From Nanobdellota archaeon (GTDB lineage: Archaea; Nanobdellota; Nanobdellia; Pacearchaeales; GW2011-AR1), in the NCBI GenBank assembly GCA_038046005.1, contig JBBSXB010000005.1, forward strand, positions 19,732 to 83,731: 64,000 nucleotides of DNA, written 5' to 3'. Position numbers and translations under genes: made by a program. The notes beneath the pieces were generated by a model that worked only from the letters and a program-made list of their open reading frames with translations, did not search any database and had not been told where the DNA came from. Positions 30,877 to 40,318 of the stretch are shown one piece after another; position 1 is the first letter of the stretch, and every line of letters starts with the position of its first letter.

Positions 30877-30937
30877 GTTACACAATCGTGATGCATAATC
30901 CTTAAAAAGTCCAGAGATCGCACACAACCACAACAAA

Positions 30938-31879
30938 TTATTTTTCTTTCAAATCTTTTTCTAATTGGCGGTATTCTTTTATGTAGAGATCAATTGTTGG
31001 CTTGATATTATGGTTTTTTTCATATTCCTGCAGAGATTGATAATACTCTACATTATTTTTGAGATTTATATTTAATGGCGGAAGATTATGTTTGATTAAA
31101 ATGTTATTTAAGAGTATCCTTCCAACCCTTCCATTTCCATCAGCAAATGGGTGGATGTTTTCAAATTGATTATGCACCACAGCGGCCAATATGAATGCGG
31201 GATATTTTGTTTTATTTTTTTCATACCATCTTATTAACTCGCTTAACAGATAGTTTATTCTTGCTTGTGGAGCTCCTTCATGGACTACTCTTCCAGATTG
31301 ATCCGTAACAACAACTTCTTCGCCCTTTTTTCTAAGCTGTCCAGCAAAGTGTTTTGAATTCTTGAAGACAATTTTATGAATATCTTTTATTAATTCTATT
31401 GAGATATGCTCTTTGGTCTTTCTGATAAATCTAATAGCTTCGTCAACTCCATATGCTTCTGCAATATCTTCTTTAGATTTGTCTGGCCATTTGTCATGTT
31501 CCAAAATGTTAGACACCTCATTTTGGTTTAATTTACTTCCTTCAATAGCGTTTGTATTATATGAGAACAACTTAGAAAACTTTTTCCAATCTCCTTCTGA
31601 TAAGTGAGAAATTTTTAAGGGTATATCAGACTCAATTCTCTTGATTGAGTTTATTTCTTCCTTGGACAGTTCAATCTTTAATGGGTCTTGGATTATTTTG
31701 TATTTGTGTATCTCCTCCAGAATAAGTTTTTCAGCAATTGAAACTCTTTCTTTTAATTTTCCTTCGCTTAAGTCAGTTCCGAGATATTTCCTGAATTTAT
31801 GGACTCTTGGGCCCTCGCGATAAGAATGAGCAAGATAGTACTTTATCTTACTCCCTGCTTTTCTTTTTTCAATGTTCAT
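30938..31879 (-). CDS. Fic-domain protein
   Basis: HPFADGNGRVGR, TNAIEG; start at MNIEKR. Confidence 0.95.
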   Translation of the reverse strand: MNIEKRKAGSKIKYYLAHSYREGPRVHKFRKYLGTDLSEGKLKERVSIAEKLILEEIHKYKIIQDPLKIELSKEEINSIKRIESDIPLKISHLSEGDWKKFSKLFSYNTNAIEGSKLNQNEVSNILEHDKWPDKSKEDIAEAYGVDEAIRFIRKTKEHISIELIKDIHKIVFKNSKHFAGQLRKKGEEVVVTDQSGRVVHEGAPQARINYLLSELIRWYEKNKTKYPAFILAAVVHNQFENIHPFADGNGRVGRILLNNILIKHNLPPLNINLKNNVEYYQSLQEYEKNHNIKPTIDLYIKEYRQLEKDLKEK

Positions 31880-32236
31880 AAATGTACATAGGTGACTACA
31901 ATATTTAAACATTTCTATTTAGGTGTCTACAAATAACAAAAAATGTAGTCACCCACTGTTATCCATATAGCCTCATCTCGACAATATTTAAAAAGTCCGG
32001 AGATCGCAACACAATCGTATCGAATAGTTTAGGCCGATAATAATCAAAAGAAAAAGACCATCCACCGAATCAACCAAGAGGGTGAGGTCTACGGTGCGGG
32101 CGTAGACTCCTTTTGGAATAATTAAGTGATGTACTTTTTCTAGATTCGAGTGAGCCGATATATTTAAAAATGTAAGATATGATAAATGCTAAAGAGTGTG
32201 TTTAGGCGCTCGGATCAAATTCTGAGATAATTTGAA

Positions 32237-32800
32237 ATGGTAGAAGAACAACAAATTTTGACGGAAGATAGAACTAATACCTCATCTATTGAAGTCCTAG
32301 TAGGATACAATGGTCTTTATAATTTTCAAACATGTGGAGATGACCCAAGAACTCTTAGTGAAGTGCTTTCTACAACTGGGTGGGGTAAAAGCGACTTTTA
32401 TCAAGCAGGACAGATGGTTGCTGACAGAATGTATAAACTTAATGTTGTAAATCCTGTTATTAATAATGGTCAGACTTATGAAATAGTATATGACATTCCA
32501 GAAGCGGAAGCTGATGCTTTAATCAGAATGCGTGCAGATGACCCTTTCTTTAGTGGAGAGAGACCAGCACATCACTTCGAAAAAGTAAATTGTAGAGCAC
32601 TATTACCTGAGCAATTAGAAGTGTTTAGAAATGGACTTGAATATCAACTTCAGGTTTTGCAAGGTAAGGTTTCAGAAGCACCTAAAAAAGAAAATCAGAG
32701 AGATTCCCTCACCCTCTATCTTAAAACTGCGAACTATGGGAGACAAGAGATAGCCAGGATAAGAAAAAGTTTTGGAAGGGCAGACAATTCCTGTCCATAA
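32237..32800 (+). CDS. Hypothetical protein
   Basis: 187-aa ORF. Confidence 0.7.
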   Translation: MVEEQQILTEDRTNTSSIEVLVGYNGLYNFQTCGDDPRTLSEVLSTTGWGKSDFYQAGQMVADRMYKLNVVNPVINNGQTYEIVYDIPEAEADALIRMRADDPFFSGERPAHHFEKVNCRALLPEQLEVFRNGLEYQLQVLQGKVSEAPKKENQRDSLTLYLKTANYGRQEIARIRKSFGRADNSCP

Positions 32801-32889
32801 CCAAGAAATAATTCTAACTAATTTATTGTATTTTATCTTATATACAGATAGATTTATATCCATGTTCTACTTAAAGTAATTAAGCTAAA

Positions 32890-33045
32890 ATGGAAGAAAT
32901 GCCTGTTATCTGTATCAAGTGTGATAAGATGTTTAATTTTCTGGAAGAACTGAGAGGTAATGCTGACATGAATAAAGCCGTTGGAGATATCCTATTTGAA
33001 AAATATGGCTCAACAGATATAATCTGTAAAGAGTGTAGAAATTAA
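32890..33045 (+). CDS. Small Zn-finger-like protein (51 aa, below the ORF-track cutoff)
   Basis: MEEMPVICIKCDK...IICKECRN, two CxxC motifs. Confidence 0.65.
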   Translation: MEEMPVICIKCDKMFNFLEELRGNADMNKAVGDILFEKYGSTDIICKECRN

Positions 33046-33046
33046 T

Positions 33047-33829
33047 TTATTTTTTAGTCATAACATATATTTTCTTTACAATATTAAACTGAATATCCTC
33101 TCCTGAATCTTTATATTTCATTTCTTTCTTTAACTTCTCTGGAAAGACTTTTCTAATGAAATCATTGAGCTTATTTAATCTTTTAATATCTCCCTTCAAT
33201 TCTTGATGCAGTCTCTTATTAGAAGAAAATCTATATGTTATCTTGCGATATTCCTTTATATGAGAAAAACCGCCTTTTTTCATGGCATCAATAAATTCAT
33301 CTTCCCTAAAGAAATATCTTTCTCTTGTTAATATATTGAAGCCAGCTAATTCATCTTTCTTTCTTAACACATCTTGAAACAATTTCTGATTCTTTTTAGA
33401 TAACATTATATCCCAAACAATAAACTTCCCATTTTTCTTTAAAACTCTATTTACTTCTTTCGCTACTTCATATTGAATCTTTTTAGAAACTTCATGAATT
33501 CCCATCTTTATAACAATCTTATCAAAAAATTCTTGGGTAAACCCCGTTTTCGGAAATTTTGTCGATATAAATCTATTTTTTGGAATCTCTGTAATATTTT
33601 TTATGGCTCTTTTTAATTGAACCTCACTTTCGTCTTCAAAATATAAATTTGCTTTCTTCTCTTTTGCAAGAATCGTTTTTCCAACAGCACCATATCCACA
33701 AAAAGCGTCTAGAATATTTTCGTTAGGTTTAGGGTTTACGGCTTTAACAAGAGCTTTAAAATCACTTGGATTTATACTATGAATATATTCATAGGAAACA
33801 ATTCTAACATCAAAACCTTCTTTTTTCAT
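33047..33829 (-). CDS. Class I SAM-dependent methyltransferase
   Basis: ILDAFCGYG, FDKIV, RVLKKNG. Confidence 0.85.
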   Translation of the reverse strand: MKKEGFDVRIVSYEYIHSINPSDFKALVKAVNPKPNENILDAFCGYGAVGKTILAKEKKANLYFEDESEVQLKRAIKNITEIPKNRFISTKFPKTGFTQEFFDKIVIKMGIHEVSKKIQYEVAKEVNRVLKKNGKFIVWDIMLSKKNQKLFQDVLRKKDELAGFNILTRERYFFREDEFIDAMKKGGFSHIKEYRKITYRFSSNKRLHQELKGDIKRLNKLNDFIRKVFPEKLKKEMKYKDSGEDIQFNIVKKIYVMTKK

Positions 33830-33970
33830 GAATATTTATTATTTTATAGATTTATATATTATTTTATTTCGTAAAAACAAAAAATAACTCTCTCTTAATC
33901 CATGCATTCCATCTCGACAAGATTTAAAAAGTCCAGAGATCGCACACAATCGTAAGTAAATCAATTAAGG

Positions 33971-34927
33971 TTAGTATTTCTGTAAAACCTTTAAGATATA
34001 ATCATAAGATTTATCTGCCTGCTCCAGCATGAATTGATAATAACCTTTTGATCTTCTATTAATTGCCTGCTCAAGAGTATTAAAGTAAGCTAGTTTATTT
34101 TCCTTATACACCACCATAGGGTAATACCCTGCGCTCATTAAAATTTTGTTCATAATTAATCTGCCTGTTCTTCCATTGCCATCTCTGAATGGATGTATAT
34201 TTTCATACATTTTATGAAATTCAAATGCTAAAACTAGGGGGTGAATTTTGTTTTTGTTAGTTCTATGCCAATTTAGTAAATCATTTAGTTCTTCTTCCAC
34301 TTTTTCAGGGGGTGTTGTCTGCGAGTTTCCAACAATAACCTCTTCTTTTTTAAAACCCTTAGGATAGGGAATGTTTCCGATCATCAACAAATCTTTAGTA
34401 AGTATATGATATAGCCTTTTTATTGATATTAAATTAAATTTAAATGATTTTTGTAGATATTCAAATGCTAAAATTGAATTTTTTACTTCTTTTACTTCAT
34501 TCCTGTCTTTATATTTTGTGTCTCCAGTATCGATAATTTCCCTCACTCTTTCAGGAGGTATTTTTGATCCTTCGATGTTATTAGAATTAAAAATAAACTC
34601 TTCAGCAAATTCTGTATCTACGTTTTTCTCGCATTTTTTTCCCTCTAGGAGATTGCTGATTTTTATAGATTTTAATTCTATTTTTTCAGGGAGATTTTCA
34701 TTATAAGACAACTCTTTCTTAATCTGATGTAGAAATTTGGATTTGAACTTTAGCTCTTCTTCAGATAAGGTCTCTAAATTATCCAGTATGTATTTTTCTT
34801 TGCTAAATGTCAAAGAATCTGTGCCTATGTATTTCTTAAGAACTAACAATTGATTCATAAATGAGATTTTTTTGACAAAATAAATGCTAGTTTTTCCATT
34901 GATATTCTTCTTTTCTATATAACTCAT
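33971..34927 (-). CDS. Fic-domain protein
   Basis: HPFRDGNGRTGR, SNNIEG. Confidence 0.95.
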   Translation of the reverse strand: MSYIEKKNINGKTSIYFVKKISFMNQLLVLKKYIGTDSLTFSKEKYILDNLETLSEEELKFKSKFLHQIKKELSYNENLPEKIELKSIKISNLLEGKKCEKNVDTEFAEEFIFNSNNIEGSKIPPERVREIIDTGDTKYKDRNEVKEVKNSILAFEYLQKSFKFNLISIKRLYHILTKDLLMIGNIPYPKGFKKEEVIVGNSQTTPPEKVEEELNDLLNWHRTNKNKIHPLVLAFEFHKMYENIHPFRDGNGRTGRLIMNKILMSAGYYPMVVYKENKLAYFNTLEQAINRRSKGYYQFMLEQADKSYDYILKVLQKY

Positions 34928-35370
34928 AACTTATGCACTCCTTTATCCTTTATAAACCTTACCATTTGGGCAGTATAAAAATATTATATTTCCCCTATAT
35001 AATTAAAAATAGTACTATTTTGGCAGTAAAAAAGTTAAATTTATGCACCATTTTGGCAGTATAATTTTGCTATCTTCCCCTATGGTTTTATAAATGTTTA
35101 TATGAGTTTTTTTAGAACCATAGATGCTTTTATATAAAATTATTCCTTCCTCTCGACAATATTTAAAAATCCCAGAGATCGTACACAACTATATCGGACG
35201 GTTTTAGGCCGATAATAATCAAAAGAAAAAGACCATCCACCGAATCAACCAAGATGGTAAGGTCTACGGTGCGGGCGTTCACGTATTTTGTGAGCCTGAT
35301 GTGATGGACTTTTTCTTAACGGATGATTTTCATCCGATCCCTATATAAAAAACAAGGGCTTAGAAAAAAT

Positions 35371-36537
35371 ATGAAAATAGATCCATACAAACACAAAGAA
35401 AGATACCTTAAATGGAGGGAATCTGTAAAAGAGGGCATTTCAAGGATAAATTCTTACAATTCTGATTTAATTTTAAAATACCTTGATGATATGGAAAACG
35501 GGATGAATGTTGCTAAAGGAAATGTTAAGGGTTCTAGGAGCTATATTCGACTTAATACGCTAAGAGAGAAAATGAGGTTTTTCTCTTTAAGATTCAAGGA
35601 AAGGTATAATCTTGATAAAATAACTGATGTTTCTGAAGAACAGTTATGCGTCTTTTTTTCTGAAATGAAAAGAGGGGTTATTAAAAGAAAAGACGGGAAG
35701 TCATATATTGCTATAGCGTATTCTGTCAAGTGCTTCAAGGCTTTTTGGCATTGGTATCAGAAAATAAGCAAAAAGAGTGGAAAGGAAATTTTAGATATTA
35801 CTTCAGATCTTGATACGAGAGAGGACAAGCCTAAATGGGTTTATTTGACTGAAGAGCAGGTTAAGAAATTATGTGAAAATGCAAAGTTCAATTATCGGGT
35901 TTTAATCACTTTTCTTTTTGATACTGGAATCAGGGCTCCAACAGAGCTGATGAACATAAAAGTTTCTGATCTTTACAATGACTGCAAAGAGCTAAACATT
36001 AGAGAGGAAATCAGCAAAACATTTGGCAGAAGAATAAAACTTATGCTTTGTTCAAATTTCCTTAAAAGTTATATTGAACAAAACGAATTAAAAAAAGAAG
36101 ATTATCTTTTTCAGATAAAGCCTTATGTTGTTAATCAATATCTTAAGAGATTATCAAAAAATCTCTTTGGAGATAAGGAAAGCCCAGCAGGGCAGAGATA
36201 TTCTCAATTAACAATGTATGACTTCAGGCATATCTCTTGTTGCTATTGGCTTCCAAGATACAAATCAGAGTCTGCGTTAAAATTTAGATTTGGCTGGAAA
36301 AAATCTGATAAAATTCATTATTATTCCGAAATGCTTGGAATGAGGGATACAATTTCTGATGAAGATCTTTTAGTGGACATAACAAAGACAGAAATTGAAA
36401 AGAAGCTGTTAAAATCTGAGAATGAAAAGGAAATACTAAATGAACGAGTTCAGCATCTTGAGAAGCAGATGAATGAGATTTTGAGATTAACAAATAAGGT
36501 GGAAGAATTCAGAGTTATAAGATTAAGCGATGACTAA
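35371..36537 (+). CDS. Tyrosine recombinase/integrase 2
   Basis: Paralog of 25481-26632 (MKIDPYKHKERYL, DTGIRAPTEL, YDFRH, FGWKKSDKIHYY); start set by homology. Confidence 0.92.
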   Translation: MKIDPYKHKERYLKWRESVKEGISRINSYNSDLILKYLDDMENGMNVAKGNVKGSRSYIRLNTLREKMRFFSLRFKERYNLDKITDVSEEQLCVFFSEMKRGVIKRKDGKSYIAIAYSVKCFKAFWHWYQKISKKSGKEILDITSDLDTREDKPKWVYLTEEQVKKLCENAKFNYRVLITFLFDTGIRAPTELMNIKVSDLYNDCKELNIREEISKTFGRRIKLMLCSNFLKSYIEQNELKKEDYLFQIKPYVVNQYLKRLSKNLFGDKESPAGQRYSQLTMYDFRHISCCYWLPRYKSESALKFRFGWKKSDKIHYYSEMLGMRDTISDEDLLVDITKTEIEKKLLKSENEKEILNERVQHLEKQMNEILRLTNKVEEFRVIRLSDD

Positions 36538-36658
36538 CTACTTCTTTTTCTTTTTAGCTTTTTTCTTAGCCATGATGTACAAAAGAAATTAATGTTTAAA
36601 AGAGTTTTGGATTTTAGTAAACCCAAAAGATTTTATATTAACTTTTCCTTTTAAATAA

Positions 36659-39406
36659 ATGAAATTAAGTGAAGCAGAAACAAGGAAAAAGTTAATTGAT
36701 CCAGTTTTAGATAGAGTTGGCTGGAAAATTAATGGGGGTTATGTTAAAGAAGAGATTAACCCCGTTAAATCTAAATTTCAACTTAAAGAATATATTGGTC
36801 GTGAAGCTGGAATAGAAAGAAATGTGGATCGATTTATAGATTATTTACTCTTAGATGAAGATAGAAGCCCTCTAGCAATAATTGAATCCAAGAAAACATC
36901 AGTTGATGTAGAAAAAGGAGAAATTCAGGCAAGAACTTATAGGGATGATGTTGAAAAACAAATTGGAGTAAAAATACCCATTTTTCTTACAAATGGAAAA
37001 ACTTGGTATTATGTTGATAATTTAGACAGAAGAAGACAAATATTACTTCCATTTAATCAAAAAGATCTTCACAGAATTGTTAGTTTGATGAAAAAAAAGA
37101 AAGATCCTGCAAATGTAAAGATTAATACAAAAATAGTGGATAGAAAAAGAGGAATAGAAGCTGTGAAGATCGTCTTGGAACATTTTTCAAAAGGATATAG
37201 AGAGGCATTAATTAATATGGCGACAGGAACAGGAAAAACAAGAGTTGCCATGGCAATAATTGAAGGATTAATAAAAGCAGAATATGTGCAGAAAATATTA
37301 TTTGTTGTTGATAGAATTTCTTTAGGAAATCAAGCTAAAGAAGAAGGGTTCAAAAAATTCTTTCCAGATAGCCCAATTTGTGAATTAAACGAAGAAGGAT
37401 ATTCAGATACAGCAAGATTTTATGTTTCAACTGTTCAAACACTTATGTCTTCACAAAAACCTAGAGGTAAGTTTTACGAAAAATTTGGTTCTGGAGCATT
37501 TGATTTAATTATTTTTGATGAAGCCCATAGATCTTATTATGATAGAAATAATGACATATTCAAATATTTTGATGCCTTGAAAATAGGGTTAACTGCAACT
37601 CCTTCTTCAGAAGATTCAAAAGACACTTTTGAATTATTTAATTGTGAAAAGGGGAAACCAACTGTCAAGTATGATTATTGGGACGCAGTAAATGATAAAG
37701 TTCTTGTTCCTTATGTTGCTGATATTATCGAAACCAAAGTTTTATCTCTAGGGATAGAAGGGAAAAAATTAAGTAAAGAGTTACAACAGGCATTAAAATT
37801 ACAAGAAGAAGAACCAGAAAAGTTTCAAACTCCCGGCTCTAAATTTGAAAGGCATTTTACAGATGAGAAAACTAATGAATTAATAATCAGAGAGTTTGTG
37901 GATAGATGTTATAAATCAGATGATAATAGACCTTGCAAAAGTATTTTTTTCTGTGCAAGTGTTAAACATGCAGAAGCATTAGAAATATTATTTCAAAAAT
38001 TATATCCTCTTTTAGCAAAAGATGTTAAGGTTATTACCTCAGATAAATCCCGTTACACAGATGAGGTTAAGAGATTTATAAAAAGAGACAGTCCAAGAAT
38101 TGCTTTATCTGTAGGAGTATTAGACACAGGAATAGATGTCCCAGAGATAATGAACTTAGTTTTTGTTAAGCCAGTCATATCTTCAATTAGATTTTGGCAG
38201 ATGTTGGGGAGAGGAACTAGAAGTATTTCTGCTTGTGAAAATAAACAATGGCTTCCAACAAATAAGGATGGACAACATATAAAAGAAGATTTTCTAATCT
38301 TGGACTTTAAATTTGGAGATTGGTCAAATGTTCTTCAACATAAGCTAAATGTTTCAAAGCAAAGATCATCAGGAACAGACGCAAAAACAAGAATTTTCTT
38401 GGAGCAGGTAGATACTTTAGAAAAAAACCTAAATGAGAAAGAAAAGAAAATTGTAGAAAAACAAATAAGAGACACAATTAAAGAGATTGACATTGATTCT
38501 CCTTTAGTCATGGAGAAAAGAGAAATTATTAAGAAAATTGTCTCTTCTAAGTTTGATTTGAAGGAACATGTGAAAGAATTGAGAGAAGAAATTGCCCCTC
38601 TTTTGATTTATTCTTCATCAGAAAATGCGAAAGTATACGGATTTATTTCTAGATGTATTAAGTTATTTGACCACATTAAAACAAATAACAAAGAAAAAAT
38701 TGCTAAGATAGAAGATTTTGTTGTTAAAAGAGCTGAAGCTATTTGGGACAAAAACTTAGATACAATAAAAGAAAAAAGAGATGATCTTATAAAAATCCAG
38801 AAAGAACCTTTTTGGGAAGAGATTACATTTGAAGATGTTGATTTTTTAGTTAGAGATATTGCTCCTTTAATGATTTTTTATGAAGAGGAAAGAAAAAATA
38901 TGCTGAAGATTAATGCTCCAGACATGGTTATGAAAGTAGATAAAGAAATTATGGAAATAAAAGAAGATAAAGACTTTAAGAAATTCATTGAAAATAATAT
39001 TTTAATGAAAAGGATAAAAGATGGAGAAGGAGTTAATTCTAAAGAGCTTTTAGAGATAGAAAGTAAGCTTAAACAGCTTAATCCTGCCCTTACGATAGAT
39101 AATATTCAGCAAAGCAAAGATTTTGTGTTATTTTTAAGGGAGCTAATTGAAGTAAAAGGATTGCCTGACCCTCAAGAAATGATTAGGTGGGAATTTGATA
39201 AGTTTGTTAAAGACAGAAATGAACATTATAACTCAGAACAACTTAAATTCTTAAGACTTTTAGAGCAAGTTTTTATAAGGGCTAAACATATAGAATTAAA
39301 GAATTTCGCAGAACATCCTCTTGCAGATGCTCGTCCACTTGATATTTTCACAAAAGAACAACTCGAATTAATTGTTCAAAAATGCAACAAATTGAAATGG
39401 AAATAA
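36659..39406 (+). CDS. hsdR: Type I restriction endonuclease subunit R
   Basis: EAETR..LID..L...GW, DYLL..AIIESK nuclease, MATGTGKT, DEAH, LTAT, QMLGRGTR. Confidence 0.93.
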   Translation: MKLSEAETRKKLIDPVLDRVGWKINGGYVKEEINPVKSKFQLKEYIGREAGIERNVDRFIDYLLLDEDRSPLAIIESKKTSVDVEKGEIQARTYRDDVEKQIGVKIPIFLTNGKTWYYVDNLDRRRQILLPFNQKDLHRIVSLMKKKKDPANVKINTKIVDRKRGIEAVKIVLEHFSKGYREALINMATGTGKTRVAMAIIEGLIKAEYVQKILFVVDRISLGNQAKEEGFKKFFPDSPICELNEEGYSDTARFYVSTVQTLMSSQKPRGKFYEKFGSGAFDLIIFDEAHRSYYDRNNDIFKYFDALKIGLTATPSSEDSKDTFELFNCEKGKPTVKYDYWDAVNDKVLVPYVADIIETKVLSLGIEGKKLSKELQQALKLQEEEPEKFQTPGSKFERHFTDEKTNELIIREFVDRCYKSDDNRPCKSIFFCASVKHAEALEILFQKLYPLLAKDVKVITSDKSRYTDEVKRFIKRDSPRIALSVGVLDTGIDVPEIMNLVFVKPVISSIRFWQMLGRGTRSISACENKQWLPTNKDGQHIKEDFLILDFKFGDWSNVLQHKLNVSKQRSSGTDAKTRIFLEQVDTLEKNLNEKEKKIVEKQIRDTIKEIDIDSPLVMEKREIIKKIVSSKFDLKEHVKELREEIAPLLIYSSSENAKVYGFISRCIKLFDHIKTNNKEKIAKIEDFVVKRAEAIWDKNLDTIKEKRDDLIKIQKEPFWEEITFEDVDFLVRDIAPLMIFYEEERKNMLKINAPDMVMKVDKEIMEIKEDKDFKKFIENNILMKRIKDGEGVNSKELLEIESKLKQLNPALTIDNIQQSKDFVLFLRELIEVKGLPDPQEMIRWEFDKFVKDRNEHYNSEQLKFLRLLEQVFIRAKHIELKNFAEHPLADARPLDIFTKEQLELIVQKCNKLKWK

Positions 39407-39720
39407 AAAAATTACTGTCAAAATATTCAAGAGAAGATATAGGCTTTGGAAAAACTGAGAATTATATTCTGGAGAGGATAAATGCAACTAAAGAAGATGT
39501 AGCAACTGATTTGCTTTCTCTCGAAAATTTAGAATTGGTGGAAGAGCAGAAAAGAAATAATGAAATAAGATATGTGTTATTTTTCGTTTATTCAAAAAAG
39601 AGCGGAAGGGTTTATGTAATAACTTTAAGAGAAAAATTGAGGATAATCACAGCTTATCCGCTTGGCAAGAAAACACTCTCTAAATACAATAAAAGAAGAT
39701 TTATAAATTCCAAGAGGTAG
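39397..39720 (+). CDS. Putative toxin (DUF4258/BrnT-like RNase fold)
   Basis: Basic ~107-aa protein, LRIITAYP, directly upstream of a DUF2283-like gene. Confidence 0.55.
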   Translation: MEIKKLLSKYSREDIGFGKTENYILERINATKEDVATDLLSLENLELVEEQKRNNEIRYVLFFVYSKKSGRVYVITLREKLRIITAYPLGKKTLSKYNKRRFINSKR

Positions 39721-39728
39721 TAAGTATT

Positions 39729-40082
39729 ATGTATAAATTTCATTATGATGAGGAGAATGATATCTTGTCTATATACGATTCTCCTAGAAAAGTAAAGGAA
39801 AGCTTAGAAGTGTCTGAAAACATAGTTATAGATTTGGATAAAAATGACAGAATTAACGGTATAGAGATAATGGATGCAGGCGAGTTTTTCGGCTCTTTTA
39901 ATCCAGAGATAGACAAGGATCTTTTATCGGAGCTTGACTCTGCAAAGATTGAATACAAGAGCTTTAGGAGTCAATGGATGCTTTTAGTTGTTTTAAGTGC
40001 TAAGGGCAGACAGTTTTCCCAGCCAATGCCTCCTCTGAGAAAAACAGAGTTTTCAAGCCCCATATTAGCTAATAATTGGTAA
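39729..40082 (+). CDS. DUF2283-like protein (putative antitoxin)
   Basis: YDEENDILSI...IVIDLDKNDRINGIEI. Confidence 0.8.
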   Translation: MYKFHYDEENDILSIYDSPRKVKESLEVSENIVIDLDKNDRINGIEIMDAGEFFGSFNPEIDKDLLSELDSAKIEYKSFRSQWMLLVVLSAKGRQFSQPMPPLRKTEFSSPILANNW

Positions 40083-40101
40083 AAAGGTGTATACACCTTT
40101 T
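40082..40101. promoter_or_regulatory. Perfect 20-bp palindrome next to a TATA box
   Basis: AAAAGGTGTATACACCTTTT followed by GAAAGATTTAAATA. Confidence 0.7.
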
Positions 40102-40138
40102 AGGAAAGATTTAAATAGTTCTTGATTTTATTTTTCTC

Positions 40139-40318
40139 ATGGTTTTGAAAGATCACGATCTAAGTGGGGAAGAAAGGAAAATTGTTTCTACGAGACTATA
40201 CAAAAGTGAATTTCTTTTTTTCAAAAAGCTTTGTGAACAAGAAGGCAAAAAAATAAATACAAAACTCCGAGAGATGATAAGGAAGGAAACAGGCGTAGAG
40301 GAGAAAAATGAGATTTGA
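40139..40318 (+). CDS. Small ribbon-helix-helix-like protein (59 aa, not in the ORF track)
   Basis: KIVSTRLYKSEFLFFKKLCEQEGKKINTKLREMI; overlaps the start of the next gene. Confidence 0.6.
   Translation: MVLKDHDLSGEERKIVSTRLYKSEFLFFKKLCEQEGKKINTKLREMIRKETGVEEKNEI

Larger units (their letters stand above)
29856..32103. mobile_element. Element E2: integrase-less mini-island
   Basis: att 12-mer at both ends; left 51 bp identical to E3; right 76 bp match E3 with 2 mismatches. Confidence 0.85.
32092..35278. mobile_element. Element E3: integrase-less mini-island
   Basis: att 12-mer at both ends; termini shared with E2. Confidence 0.85.

Noticed and set aside
25376-35278. Recurring repeats as a CRISPR array
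   Set aside because: Spacing is kilobases with whole genes between the repeats; no cas genes; the core equals the tRNA 3' end.
25481-35278. Classical integron (IntI/attC)
   Set aside because: No RYYYAAC...GTTRRRY boundaries or IntI-specific insertion were recognised; the resemblance is architectural only.
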